The position numbers and the translations under genes were made by a program. Under the pieces are notes generated by a model. That model worked only from the letters and a program-made list of their open reading frames with translations. It had not been told where the DNA came from and did not search any database. Below are positions 1 to 9,078 of a stretch of 32,000 nt of DNA, piece by piece. Each line of letters begins with the position of its first letter. The first letter of the stretch is position 1. Origin of the DNA: an uncultured Nitrososphaerota archaeon (GTDB lineage Archaea > Korarchaeota > Korarchaeia > Korarchaeales > Korarchaeaceae); NCBI GenBank assembly GCA_964480775.1, contig CAYZRF010000002.1, forward strand, positions 1-32,000. The letters are read 5' to 3'.

Positions 1-288
1 AAATCTGCAGGCTTCATAATCTCATCCTCTTAACTTGCGAGCATTTCATATAACTACACTTTGACGCTACCTAAGTATTAAACAAAAAAGAGGGGAAGGA
101 TAGTTAGTTCTTTCTTTTCTTAAGTTCACGTTCTATGGCATTACTCAGCTCTTTAGCCAGCATGAAGGCGATTTCCCTTATCTCCTCCTTTATCTCTTCT
201 TTTAAGGGGTTCTGGAGGGCTTGTTTTTCGGACGTTAAGTATCCCAGCAGGACAGCGGTTTTGTTATTAAGTTTCTCGGAACCCTTAA

Positions 289-1623
289 ATGGGTAGGAAC
301 ATGGAGAGCATCCTAATTAAGAATTTAGAAGCAGTAGTTACACAAGATAAAAACAGGAAAATCCTGAGGAAAGCAGATATCTTGATAGAGGGTAAGTACA
401 TAGCTAAAATCGGAAAAGATCTCCCTAGCAATGCAGATGAGATAATAAATGGAGAGGGAATGGTAGCAATACCCGGACTAATTAACACCCATACTCACAT
501 TCCTATGAGCCTACTTCGGGGCATAGCTGACGACATGGAGCTAATGAAGTGGCTTAACACGAAGATCTGGCCAATAGAGGCTAACTTAGACCCAGAAAGC
601 ATAAAAACAGGGGCATTACTGGGCATGTTTGAGGCAATAAGAACAGGTACCACAACTCTTGCGGACATGTACTTCTTTGAGGACAAGATTGCTGAGGCCG
701 CCATTGAGATAGGGATGAGAGCGATTTTAGCTTCGTCATTCATGGACTTCGGCACACCTCAAGCAAGAGACAAAGAAAAAGCCTTCAGAATAGCTAAAGA
801 TTTTGTTAAAGAGTGGAAAGATAAGGAAGAGCTTGTCATACCGTCCATAGGGCCCCACGCCCCCTACACATGCTCTCCTGATCTTCTGCAGGAAAGCATA
901 GAGTTTGCACTTGAAAACGATTGTCTAATTCAAATTCACCTTGCCGAGGATTATTCCGAGGTTGAAGAGATAAAGAGGAGGTATGGGAAAACTCCAGTGA
1001 GGCACGTAGCAGATCTAGGGCTCTTTAAAGCCAAGGTTATAGCTGCGCATGTTGTATGGCCTGATGAAGATGAAATAGGCCTTCTGACAAACAAAAACGT
1101 GCTAGTCTCTCACAACCCGATTAGCAATCTGAAAGTAGCCGCTGGCATATCTCCAGTTCCAGAAATGTTATCTAAGGGCGTATCAGTTGGTCTAGGAACG
1201 GATGGACCTGCTAGCAATAACACTGTAGATATGTTTGAAACAATGAAAGCCGCCGCCCTAATACACAAATGCGCTAAGAAGGATCCAACGGTTATGAAAG
1301 CACAACAGGTATTTGATATGGCTACAATTATACCAGCAGAAAACCTAGGACTTAATGTAGGTTCTATAGAAGAGGGCAGACTTGCTGACATCGTTATACT
1401 AAATACAGATATGCCGTGGTGGACCCCGCTCCACTCAGTATTATCTCATCTAATCTATGCTGCAAGATCTACTGATGTAAACACGGTAATCATCGATGGA
1501 AAAATAGTGCTGAGAGAGAGGAAGCTGATAACCCTAGATGAAAGGGAAATAAGGACAAAAGCTTCAGAAATATCCAAATCTATACTGGGGAAGTCAGGAG
1601 TTTCCTCGGAACTAATGGAATGA
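289..1623 (+). CDS. mtaD: Methylthioadenosine/S-adenosylhomocysteine deaminase-type amidohydrolase
   Basis: 444-aa ORF. It has the N-terminal metal-binding HxH motif (GLINTHTHIPMSLLRG), later HLAE and AAHVVW histidines, and GLGTDGPASNN, the pattern of the MtaD/TrzA branch of the amidohydrolase superfamily. A TATA-like ttgttattaa lies ~20 nt upstream, suggesting a leaderless mRNA. The in-frame ATG at 301 is an alternative start. Confidence 0.8.
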   Translation: MGRNMESILIKNLEAVVTQDKNRKILRKADILIEGKYIAKIGKDLPSNADEIINGEGMVAIPGLINTHTHIPMSLLRGIADDMELMKWLNTKIWPIEANLDPESIKTGALLGMFEAIRTGTTTLADMYFFEDKIAEAAIEIGMRAILASSFMDFGTPQARDKEKAFRIAKDFVKEWKDKEELVIPSIGPHAPYTCSPDLLQESIEFALENDCLIQIHLAEDYSEVEEIKRRYGKTPVRHVADLGLFKAKVIAAHVVWPDEDEIGLLTNKNVLVSHNPISNLKVAAGISPVPEMLSKGVSVGLGTDGPASNNTVDMFETMKAAALIHKCAKKDPTVMKAQQVFDMATIIPAENLGLNVGSIEEGRLADIVILNTDMPWWTPLHSVLSHLIYAARSTDVNTVIIDGKIVLRERKLITLDEREIRTKASEISKSILGKSGVSSELME

Positions 1624-1630
1624 TGACTAG

Positions 1631-2320
1631 TCAACAACTAGAATCATTACTCGAGAAATGAGCCAACATTTCAGCATAACTCTCCCTAACAACAGCCTTA
1701 GAAACGCCAAGGATATCGACCAACAGATCTGCTCCTTCACCTTCAATCTCAACAAATTCTCCGAGATCTCTAACCTTATCTAAATAGACCTTGCAGTGCC
1801 AACCCTCTAAGATTACAGGAGTTCTCTCTTTAACTACCTCCACTACAATATTCATTCCGTTTTGGACAAGTAGCTTGATTATCTCTTCAAGTGTGAAAGG
1901 CAACTCAGAGACTTGGATGCCTATTCTTTTCAGGATATCTGTAGCCCGCTTTGATCTGATGTTTTCCTCCATCTCGATTCTTCTTTTAGAATACCGTGAT
2001 AGACCTCTTTTTCCCTTGAAAGTTAATTTTAGCTGCTCGTTCTCTAACCTTATTCTGAAAAGCTGATCTCTTTTCAATAATCTCAAATCAGGGAAATCAA
2101 AGATAAGATCCCTCTGAGATATCGGCTCATAGACAGAAAACCTTATTCCATGCTTCTTCAATAAATCTAGAAATGCACTATGCCCAATCCTCAACTTAAC
2201 TTCGTTTTCAATGATCTGATCTTTCAATTTGGAACATCTCACATTCTCTTTCTGTGAGCATCTTGCGAATTTTAGTTTAAATTGCTTATCAATGATGCCT
2301 ATTTCTTCTAATGTCATCAC
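1631..2320 (-). CDS. CYTH-domain protein (CyaB/thiamine-triphosphatase-like triphosphate tunnel enzyme)
   Basis: 229-aa ORF with the ExExK signature (IENEVKLRI). Later motifs are LFRIRLENEQLKLTFKGKR and GEFVEIEGEG, typical of class IV adenylyl cyclase/CYTH proteins. About 36 residues precede the ExExK motif, so the true start is uncertain. Confidence 0.6.
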   Translation of the reverse strand: MMTLEEIGIIDKQFKLKFARCSQKENVRCSKLKDQIIENEVKLRIGHSAFLDLLKKHGIRFSVYEPISQRDLIFDFPDLRLLKRDQLFRIRLENEQLKLTFKGKRGLSRYSKRRIEMEENIRSKRATDILKRIGIQVSELPFTLEEIIKLLVQNGMNIVVEVVKERTPVILEGWHCKVYLDKVRDLGEFVEIEGEGADLLVDILGVSKAVVRESYAEMLAHFSSNDSSC

Positions 2321-2357
2321 GATTTTTGAGGAATTTAGCAGTCAGAATTCATATTAA

Positions 2358-2379
2358 AAGCCGTCCATATGGACGGCTT
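2358..2379 (-). terminator. Perfect 22-nt palindrome (hairpin) followed by a U-run, downstream of tRNA-Leu
   Basis: aagccgtccatatggacggctt is its own reverse complement (9-11 bp stem, atat centre). On the - strand it begins 26 nt after the tRNA-Leu 3' end and is followed by cttttaat. Confidence 0.45.
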
Positions 2380-2404
2380 CTTTAGGAGAGATTACTTAGG
2401 AATG

Positions 2405-2492
2405 TGGTGCGGGGGGTGGGATTCGAACCCACGAACCCCTATGGGAGCGGATCTTAAGTCCGCCGCCTTTGACCTGGCTCGGCCACCCCCGC
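2405..2492 (-). tRNA. tRNA-Leu (anticodon UAA), class II with long variable arm, CCA encoded
   Basis: The reverse complement reads GCGGGGG-TG-GCCGAGCCAGGTCAAAGGC-G-GCGGA-CTTAAGA-TCCGC-TCCCATAGGGGTTC-GTGGG-TTCGAAT-CCCAC-CCCCCGC-A-CCA. Acceptor, anticodon, variable and T stems all pair. The anticodon loop CUUAAGA gives UAA. Confidence 0.93.
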
Positions 2493-2520
2493 GCGCCACT
2501 AATAGGGATATCAGCTCAGT

Positions 2521-2537
2521 GTTTTAATATTTTTTAC
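2521..2537. promoter_or_regulatory. AT-rich TATA-like element placed to serve both tRNA-Leu (-) and the atpF operon (+)
   Basis: gttttaatattttttac lies ~28 nt upstream of the tRNA-Leu 5' end (2492, - strand) and ~30 nt upstream of the atpF ATG (2568, + strand). This is positional inference only. Confidence 0.35.
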
Positions 2538-2567
2538 TATCCTCAGTCTGGATGGGGTAGCGCAAAG

Positions 2568-2909
2568 ATGAGTGAAACCCACGAAACTTCACAACCGTTG
2601 CTGCTAACAAATGATGAATTATTAGCTTCAGCCTTTGAAGCAATTGGTATTAAATCGCTTTTAGTGAGGGAAAGAAACGAAGTTTTACGAATCCTTAGGG
2701 AGGGTGAAGCTAAATTACCCGATATAGTATTCATGAATGAATCCGTAGCTGAAATGATTTCAGATTATAGGGAGAGGGTCTTGCAAAGGAGACTGTTCAA
2801 ACCTATCTTTGCAATAATACCAGATTTAAAGAAGCCGAGAGGTCTCAGATTGGAAGAACTTCGTAACTTGATAGAGAAATCTCTCGGTTTTAAGGGATTA
2901 AAAGTTTAG
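2568..2909 (+). CDS. atpF: A-type ATP synthase subunit F
   Basis: 113 aa counted from the internal ATG at 2568. The track ORF start at 2469 would overlap tRNA-Leu. The layout LLLTNDELLASAFEAIGI...DIVFMNESVAE...KPIFAIIPD matches the small alpha/beta F subunit, and the gene is first in the ATPase cluster. Confidence 0.72.
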   Translation: MSETHETSQPLLLTNDELLASAFEAIGIKSLLVRERNEVLRILREGEAKLPDIVFMNESVAEMISDYRERVLQRRLFKPIFAIIPDLKKPRGLRLEELRNLIEKSLGFKGLKV

Positions 2910-2921
2910 TCGGGGGATGAT

Positions 2922-3239
2922 ATGCCGAGACTAGTTGAACTAATTGTGGAGGCTGACAGAAGGTCTAGAGAGATTTTAGAAAATGCGAGAAAGCAAGCAG
3001 AGGAAATATTAAAGGAAGCAGAAAGAAAAGCAAAGAAAATAATCGAAGATGCAGAAAAATCTGTTGAAGCAGCGCTTAGAACCAATATCGAAGAAACCGT
3101 CGAGAAGGAGGTTGAAAGAATAACCAAAGAGATGACAAGAAAACTGAATGAAATGGAAGAAACGGCGAAAAAGAATCTAGATAGCGTTGCTGAGGTTGTA
3201 TTGAGGGAGGTAGTTCTAGGTGAAGGAAATCGAGACTAA
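2922..3239 (+). CDS. atpH: A-type ATP synthase subunit H (peripheral-stalk, V-ATPase G-like)
   Basis: 105-aa, entirely K/E/A-rich coiled-coil protein (ENARKQAEEILKEAERKAKKIIEDAEK). An SD-like gggggatgat sits immediately upstream. The call rests on this composition and on position inside the ATPase operon. Confidence 0.6.
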   Translation: MPRLVELIVEADRRSREILENARKQAEEILKEAERKAKKIIEDAEKSVEAALRTNIEETVEKEVERITKEMTRKLNEMEETAKKNLDSVAEVVLREVVLGEGNRD

Positions 3240-3876
3240 AATGGTCGAGAAAGGCGAACTTGCAGAGATGATAGACGCTCTTTTAGAGGAGTCTAGGAAC
3301 AAAGCCAATGAAATGATCGAGGAAGCCAAGAAAAAGGCCGAAGAGATCATAAAAGAGGCAGAGAAAAGGGCAGAAAGGATAAAAAAGGCAAAGGAGAGAG
3401 AAATAGAGCGAATGATGAAGGATGAGCTTGCCAAAAGAAGTAGCGCTGCTGAAGTGAGGATTAAAAGAGACACCATGGCAATGCAAATGCGATATCTTGA
3501 CCTCCTTTTCGAAAAAGTAAGGCAACAACTTGCCCTCATAGCAGAAAATAAGGTTCCAGAATGGAATTATGAAGAGATACTTAAGAAATATGCAAGAGAA
3601 GCAGCAGAGAACCTTGGTACTGATACAGTTTACTTATGGGGCAGGGAAAAGGACATTCCTCTTTTAAGAAGAATAGCTAAGGAACTAAGTGAGGAATTGA
3701 AAGTCAACTTTGAGGTGGATACGGCTAGAAAAGCCCTGATACTCGGAGGGCTTATAGCAAGAGATGAAAGCGATTTAAGGAGATTCTACAACACTTTTGA
3801 AGGGAGACTCATGGAATACAGGGAAAAGAACGAACCAAAACTTATAGACATGCTTTTTGGGGGGAGTGATGAATGA
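3220..3876 (+). CDS. atpE: A-type ATP synthase subunit E
   Basis: 218 aa with an N-terminal coiled coil (EEAKKKAEEIIKEAEKRAE) and a C-terminal globular part (LILGGLIARDE...YNTFEGRL). The start is GTG at 3220, with gagggaggt 8 nt upstream. The ATG at 3241 is an alternative. The stop overlaps the atpA ATG (ATGA). Confidence 0.8.
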   Translation: MKEIETKMVEKGELAEMIDALLEESRNKANEMIEEAKKKAEEIIKEAEKRAERIKKAKEREIERMMKDELAKRSSAAEVRIKRDTMAMQMRYLDLLFEKVRQQLALIAENKVPEWNYEEILKKYAREAAENLGTDTVYLWGREKDIPLLRRIAKELSEELKVNFEVDTARKALILGGLIARDESDLRRFYNTFEGRLMEYREKNEPKLIDMLFGGSDE

Positions 3877-5651
3877 GTAGTGGTGAATTGGGTGTCGGAG
3901 TAATCAGACACATAAAGGGTTCAGTAGTGATAGTGGATGACATGAGAGGAGCAAGAGTAAGGGAAGTTGTCTTGGTAGGAGAAGAGGAACTTACAGGAGA
4001 GATAGTTAGGATAGAAGGCGATAGGGCGGTTATTCAGGTATATGAGCCTACCACAGGGATGTCTCCTGGAGAACCTGTTAAGAGGACAGGAGAGCCTCTT
4101 AGCGTGGAACTAGGCCCTGGTTTGCTGGGACAGGTTCTTGATGGTCTTGGAAGACCTCTCGAAAAAATCGCTGAAAGAGCAGGTTCTTTCATAGAAAGAG
4201 GAATCAGAATTCCAACACTCCCTAGAGATAGAAAGTGGGAGTTCAAACCAGTTGTTAAGAAGGGAGACAAGCTAGACCCTGGAAGCCCGATTGGTGAAGT
4301 CCGTGAGGGAGCCATAATACATAGGATAATGATTCCTCCCAACTTTAGAAGAGTAGAGATCCTCGAAATAGCTCCTGAGGGTAGCTATCACATAGAAGAT
4401 GTAATTGCTACTCTAAGAGAGGACTCGAGAGAAATAGAACTTAAAATGTATCATAAGTGGCCAGTTAGGGTTCCGAGACCCTTTAAGGAATATCTGGGTG
4501 CAACTGAATTACTAATAACAGGGCAAAGGGTCATTGATACTTTCTTCCCGCTCTCGAAAGGAGGAACCGCAGCCATTCCGGGAGGTTTTGGTACGGGCAA
4601 GACGGTTACTTTACATCAGATTTCCAAATGGGCGGATGCTGATGTAGTTGTTTACGTAGGGTGTGGAGAAAGAGGAAATGAGATGACAGATCTTCTAATA
4701 CACTTCCCAAAGCTGGTTGATCCGAGAACTGGAGAGCCTCTAATGAGAAGGAGCATACTTATCGCTAACACCAGCAACATGCCTGTTCCAGCAAGAGAAG
4801 CAAGCATATTCGTGGGCATAACTTACGCTGAGTACTATAGAGATATGGGATATCACGTTGTTTTGACCGCTGATTCGACTTCTCGTTGGGCAGAGGCTCT
4901 CAGAGAGCTAAGCTCAAGGCTAGAGGAGATTCCGTCAGAGAGAGGATATCCCGCATATCTCCCAGATTACATAGCGGCTTTCTATGAGAGAGGAGGAAAA
5001 ATAAAAACACTGGGAGGAAACAGGGTAGGATCGGTCAGCATAATAGGGGCGGTAAGTCCGTCCGGTGGTGACCTAAATGAACCAGTAACACAACACACAG
5101 TTAGGTATGTAGGAACTTTTTGGGCACTTGATACAACTCTTGCTTTCAAGAGGCACTTCCCAGCCATAAATTGGCTTCAAAGCTTTTCTAAATACGTGGA
5201 CAATGTTAGAGAATGGTGGTCCAAGGAAACAGGTATAGATATGTATGGTTTAAGAGAGGAGGCTATGACGATACTTCAGGAATCATCCCGTCTTGAAGAG
5301 ATAGCTAGCGTGGTTGGAGAAAGCGCTCTCTCTGATGAAAACAGGCTAATTATTCTAATTGGGGAGCTCATAAGGGAAGGATTCCTTGTTCAAAACGCAT
5401 ATCATGAGGTGGATACTTACTGTCCGCCTCGCAAACAAGTTCTAATCCTAAAGACACTGCTAGAATTCTATAAGAAGGTCAAACCATTGGTTGATGCAGG
5501 CGTTCCCTTCACGGAAATAGAAGAAATGGAAGTTCTAGGTGATCTTGGGAGACTGAAGTTCGTAAAGGAGGATCAGGTGGAAAAAACCATAGAAGACATC
5601 ATGAGAAGGCTTGAGATAGAACTTTCTGAAGTTAAGAAGGCGGTGGTGTGA
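3873..5651 (+). CDS. atpA: A-type ATP synthase catalytic subunit A
   Basis: 592 aa with Walker A GGFGTGKT, then GCGERGNEM and [15 protein letters not shown]. It also has the non-homologous insert typical of A/V-type A subunits. Confidence 0.97.
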   Translation: MSSGELGVGVIRHIKGSVVIVDDMRGARVREVVLVGEEELTGEIVRIEGDRAVIQVYEPTTGMSPGEPVKRTGEPLSVELGPGLLGQVLDGLGRPLEKIAERAGSFIERGIRIPTLPRDRKWEFKPVVKKGDKLDPGSPIGEVREGAIIHRIMIPPNFRRVEILEIAPEGSYHIEDVIATLREDSREIELKMYHKWPVRVPRPFKEYLGATELLITGQRVIDTFFPLSKGGTAAIPGGFGTGKTVTLHQISKWADADVVVYVGCGERGNEMTDLLIHFPKLVDPRTGEPLMRRSILIANTSNMPVPAREASIFVGITYAEYYRDMGYHVVLTADSTSRWAEALRELSSRLEEIPSERGYPAYLPDYIAAFYERGGKIKTLGGNRVGSVSIIGAVSPSGGDLNEPVTQHTVRYVGTFWALDTTLAFKRHFPAINWLQSFSKYVDNVREWWSKETGIDMYGLREEAMTILQESSRLEEIASVVGESALSDENRLIILIGELIREGFLVQNAYHEVDTYCPPRKQVLILKTLLEFYKKVKPLVDAGVPFTEIEEMEVLGDLGRLKFVKEDQVEKTIEDIMRRLEIELSEVKKAVV

Positions 5652-5652
5652 G

Positions 5653-7041
5653 ATGAGCATCAGCGGATTGGTATTTAGGGGTATAGAACAGGTAAAAGGT
5701 CCTCTCATAATTATGAGAGGAGTCCCAGGAGCAAAATATGGAGAGGTTGTGAAGATCTTCACCGAAGAAGGAAGGGAGTGGACTGGCCAGGTTCTTGAAG
5801 CTGGTAAAGATATGATTGTAGTTCAGGTACTGGGAGACCCTGAAGGAATTGAAAGCGATGTTATGATTAGGTTCACTGGGACAACCCTCCAGCTCCCTGT
5901 CTCGAGCGACATGATAGGGCGCATGTTTAACGGTGCTGGGGAGCCTATAGACGGAGGCCCCCCCATTAGACCCGAGGACTACAGAGAAATAGATGGTAAG
6001 CCAATTAACCCAGTAAACAGAGACTATCCAGACGAGTTCGTTGAAACTGGCATCTCAGCGATAGATGGAATGCTTAGTCTCGTCAGAGGTCAGAAGCTAC
6101 CAATATTCTCGGTCTCAGGACTACCTCATAATGAGGTAGCTGCCCAGATAGCGAGGCAAGCGTTCGTTCCAGGGAAAGAAGAAAGGTTCTCAATAGTTTT
6201 TGCAGCCATTGGCTTGAAAACAGAGGAAGTTAGGTTCTTCATGGAACAATTTGAGGAGCTGGGGGCTCTAAGTAGATCTGTCATGTTCCTCAACCTTGCA
6301 GATGATCCAGTCATAGAAAGGCTAACCACACCAAGAGTAGCTCTTACAGCAGCCGAGTATCTTGCTTTTGATTTGGGAATGGACGTACTCGTAATAATGA
6401 CGGATATGACTAATTACTGCGAGGCTCTAAGAGAGATAAGTGCTGCTAGAGAAGAGGTTCCAAGTAGGAAGGGTTACCCTGGGTACATGTATAGCGATCT
6501 CGCTTCCCTATATGAAAGGGCTGGGAGGATTAAGGGCAGGCTGGGCTCAATCACCTTTATGCCAATACTAACAATGCCTGGAGGAGACTTCACTCACCCA
6601 ATACCAGACCTCACTGGCTATATCACCGAGGGCCAGATCTTTCTAAGCCCAACGCTCTATAACAGGGGAATATATCCGCCTATAGACGTGCTTCCAAGCT
6701 TAAGCAGACTTATGAAAGACGGCATTGGTGAAGGAAAAACAAGGATGGATCATAAAGCAGTTTCGGATCAGCTGTATGCCACTTATTCAATGGGAACCAG
6801 GGCTAGAGAACTTGCCAGCATAATAGGAGAGGCAGGTCTAAGCGAGAGAGAAAAGAGATTCTACGAGTTTGCAACGGAATTTGAGGAGAAATTCATAAAA
6901 CAAGGATTTGAGGAGAGAAGAACAATTGAAGAGACTCTGGACATAGCTTGGGAACTCTTAGCAATGATACCTGAAAGAGAACTCACGAGAATAAGCAAAG
7001 AAGTGATGAAAGAGTTCCACCCGAAGTACAGGGCTGGGTGA
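5653..7041 (+). CDS. atpB: A-type ATP synthase subunit B
   Basis: 462 aa with [35 protein letters not shown], and conserved throughout with A/V-type B subunits. It starts 2 nt after the atpA stop. Confidence 0.97.
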   Translation: MSISGLVFRGIEQVKGPLIIMRGVPGAKYGEVVKIFTEEGREWTGQVLEAGKDMIVVQVLGDPEGIESDVMIRFTGTTLQLPVSSDMIGRMFNGAGEPIDGGPPIRPEDYREIDGKPINPVNRDYPDEFVETGISAIDGMLSLVRGQKLPIFSVSGLPHNEVAAQIARQAFVPGKEERFSIVFAAIGLKTEEVRFFMEQFEELGALSRSVMFLNLADDPVIERLTTPRVALTAAEYLAFDLGMDVLVIMTDMTNYCEALREISAAREEVPSRKGYPGYMYSDLASLYERAGRIKGRLGSITFMPILTMPGGDFTHPIPDLTGYITEGQIFLSPTLYNRGIYPPIDVLPSLSRLMKDGIGEGKTRMDHKAVSDQLYATYSMGTRARELASIIGEAGLSEREKRFYEFATEFEEKFIKQGFEERRTIEETLDIAWELLAMIPERELTRISKEVMKEFHPKYRAG

Positions 7042-7047
7042 ACTTAA

Positions 7048-7665
7048 GTGGCCTTTAAGGCTGTTGGGAGAGTAGCTCCAACAAAAGGCTTCTTAATAAA
7101 ACTGAGAAAAAGGGTTCAATTCTTCAAAATGGGTGCTGAAACCCTAGAAATGAAGAGAGATAAGCTGATTAAAGAACTTTCAGCGCTACAATCCCGGTTG
7201 ATTGAAAGGAAGCTTTTGGAAGAAAAAATGCTAGAAGTGTACGATATCTTAAAGACAGCATATGCAGTGTCTGGAGCAGAAGGAATGAGAAAAGCAGAGC
7301 TTCTAAGCAGACCTTTCTTAGTTGATGTGAAAACCACTAGCCTCATGGGAGTAGAGATCCCAGAAGCAAAAATAATTCAAGAGGGCTTCAAGCCATTTCC
7401 GTCGCTCGAAGCCCCCCTCCTTTCTTCACTAAGTAAGCTTCAACAACTGATGGAGGACCTAATTGCTGTTGTAATGTTAGAAGCCGCTCTTGAAAGGCTT
7501 GCAATTGAAGTTGCTGACACCATGAGGAGGGTGAATACTCTTAGAAAAGTCATAATACCTGAACATGAAAGAGCCATCAAATATATCGAAGATAGGCTGG
7601 AAGAGGAAAGTCTGGAGGATTTCCTTAGGATTAAAAAATATAGAATGTTAAAGAGAGGCGCATGA
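7048..7665 (+). CDS. atpD: A-type ATP synthase subunit D (central stalk)
   Basis: 205 aa. It has the N-terminal PTKGFLIKLRKR and C-terminal TMRRVNTLRKVIIPE motifs characteristic of D subunits. The start is GTG, with a gggtga SD-like sequence 6 nt upstream. Confidence 0.85.
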   Translation: MAFKAVGRVAPTKGFLIKLRKRVQFFKMGAETLEMKRDKLIKELSALQSRLIERKLLEEKMLEVYDILKTAYAVSGAEGMRKAELLSRPFLVDVKTTSLMGVEIPEAKIIQEGFKPFPSLEAPLLSSLSKLQQLMEDLIAVVMLEAALERLAIEVADTMRRVNTLRKVIIPEHERAIKYIEDRLEEESLEDFLRIKKYRMLKRGA

Positions 7666-7668
7666 ATT

Positions 7669-8718
7669 ATGATAAGCGGAAAAAGACTATATTCTGTAAT
7701 TAGGAGCCACGGGCTCTCTTTACATCTTTTATCCTACAAGCAGATTATCGCTCTGATAGAATCTGAAAATTTGGATCAGCTTATTTGGAATCTTTCAAAT
7801 ACAGAGTATGCCAAATTTCTGAAAGCAGAGGAAGATCTCCTCTCAAATAATAGCGAGATTGAGAGGAAAATTAATAAAGTAATGTATGACAGGCTTTTTC
7901 ACATAATATCTCTATTTGACAATAGGATGGCAGAACTAGTGCGTGCATATCTCTCAAAATACGACCTAGAAATATTAAGAAAGATCATCTACGCAAAAAT
8001 ATCACAAAAAAAGATGTTAGAGCAGGAAGCTCCCCTCAGAGAATTCCTCCCAGGAACTACGGGATTACTAAACGTGATCGAAACCAAACAAATGTCCACA
8101 CATCCTGTGTTTAGACCAATTATTAATGCCTTAGAAGATTGGCAAAAAAGTGGAGTAGAGGACATTGCACTTCTAGACGTGTTGTTAGAGAGTTCCTACG
8201 CTAAAATGCTCACACAAAAACTAAAATCCCGTTTTATAGAGAAAAAGGTAAAAGAAATTTTTTACAGTTATATTCAAGAAAGGCTATTGCTTGTAGGTCT
8301 GAGAGCACTATACTCCGGTAATAATGAAAAAATATTGATATTGCGCAAGTTCATAGGTTTAGGGGCTTATAATGTGTTATCTACTGCAGGAGACTTCGAA
8401 ATTGCTTTGAGGAATCTATCTACAACAAGCAAATATTCTAAACTCGCTAAGAAGATACTAGATGTTCATGCAGACATAAAAGAACCTTTCATTTGGGAAT
8501 TTGTGCACTTTGGCGATTTGTTAGAAAGAACGGCGTTTGCTGCGAGACGGAACTTTATAGGATCAGCTTTCTTGATTTGGTATGTATTTAGAACCGAATG
8601 GGAAGCACAAGCGCTAAGGACTATAATAATAGGAAAGAAAGAGGGGATTTCGACCGAAATCCTCCGGAAGATTTTTTTTGTTGCTTCAGATCTTTCCAAG
8701 TATGAGGATAGCCACTAG
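7669..8718 (+). CDS. atpC: A-type ATP synthase subunit C (V-ATPase d-like)
   Basis: 349-aa all-helical protein in the operon position after atpD. Length and repeated helical-bundle character fit subunit C. Its last 33 nt overlap the convergent atpK. Confidence 0.75.
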   Translation: MISGKRLYSVIRSHGLSLHLLSYKQIIALIESENLDQLIWNLSNTEYAKFLKAEEDLLSNNSEIERKINKVMYDRLFHIISLFDNRMAELVRAYLSKYDLEILRKIIYAKISQKKMLEQEAPLREFLPGTTGLLNVIETKQMSTHPVFRPIINALEDWQKSGVEDIALLDVLLESSYAKMLTQKLKSRFIEKKVKEIFYSYIQERLLLVGLRALYSGNNEKILILRKFIGLGAYNVLSTAGDFEIALRNLSTTSKYSKLAKKILDVHADIKEPFIWEFVHFGDLLERTAFAARRNFIGSAFLIWYVFRTEWEAQALRTIIIGKKEGISTEILRKIFFVASDLSKYEDSH

Positions 8719-9024
8719 CAACCCATAGATGGCAACGCCCTCTGCAAGACCACCAAGAAGCAGAACTGCACCGAATTGTTCTGGTCTCTCTGCTAGGAGA
8801 GCAGTTCCTCCGATTGCAACTCCATAAAGTGCTATGCCTGCAGCCAAGGTAGAACCTGTGACTGCTATGCCAGCGCCTAAGAACGCCCACTTCTTGGCGG
8901 AGTTTTCAACCCCGCCCGTTTCTTCAGCTGCAACTGTCGTTATGATGCGCCCAGATATGAATATAATGAACAGAGGAACTAGGATAAGGGAGTAGAGCAA
9001 CACCTTCCTCATTGTCGGAGACAT
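8686..9024 (-). CDS. atpK: A-type ATP synthase proteolipid subunit K (c subunit)
   Basis: 112 aa with a glycine/alanine-rich helical hairpin (GAGIAVTGSTLAAGIALYG...LLGGLAEGVAIYGLLVAILILG). The conserved carboxylate lies in LAEGVAIYG. An extra N-terminal hydrophobic segment is present. A strong SD (gggaggatc) lies upstream. Confidence 0.9.
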   Translation of the reverse strand: MSPTMRKVLLYSLILVPLFIIFISGRIITTVAAEETGGVENSAKKWAFLGAGIAVTGSTLAAGIALYGVAIGGTALLAERPEQFGAVLLLGGLAEGVAIYGLLVAILILGKI

Positions 9025-9078
9025 AAAGATCCTCCCTATTTGCTAACATGGTTTTATTAAAATATTTTCCAGAAATTT

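Noticed and set aside
1-17. Possible start of a - strand gene leaving the window (ATG at 17-15, MKPAD..., gaggat 8 nt upstream)
   Set aside because: Only five codons are visible, which is too little to support a call.
2469-2567. N-terminal 33 codons of the track ORF 2469-2909
   Set aside because: This stretch overlaps the tRNA-Leu gene on the other strand and translates to non-protein-like sequence. The internal ATG at 2568 gives a normal-length AtpF.
3216-3539. Long antisense ORFs opposite K/E-rich genes (3216-3539, 3283-3528, 2906-3127, 10460-10795, 10808-10996, 16902-17348)
   Set aside because: These are mirror images of GAA/AAG-rich coding sequence. Their translations are Ser/Phe/Leu low-complexity strings, and each lies fully inside a well-supported gene.
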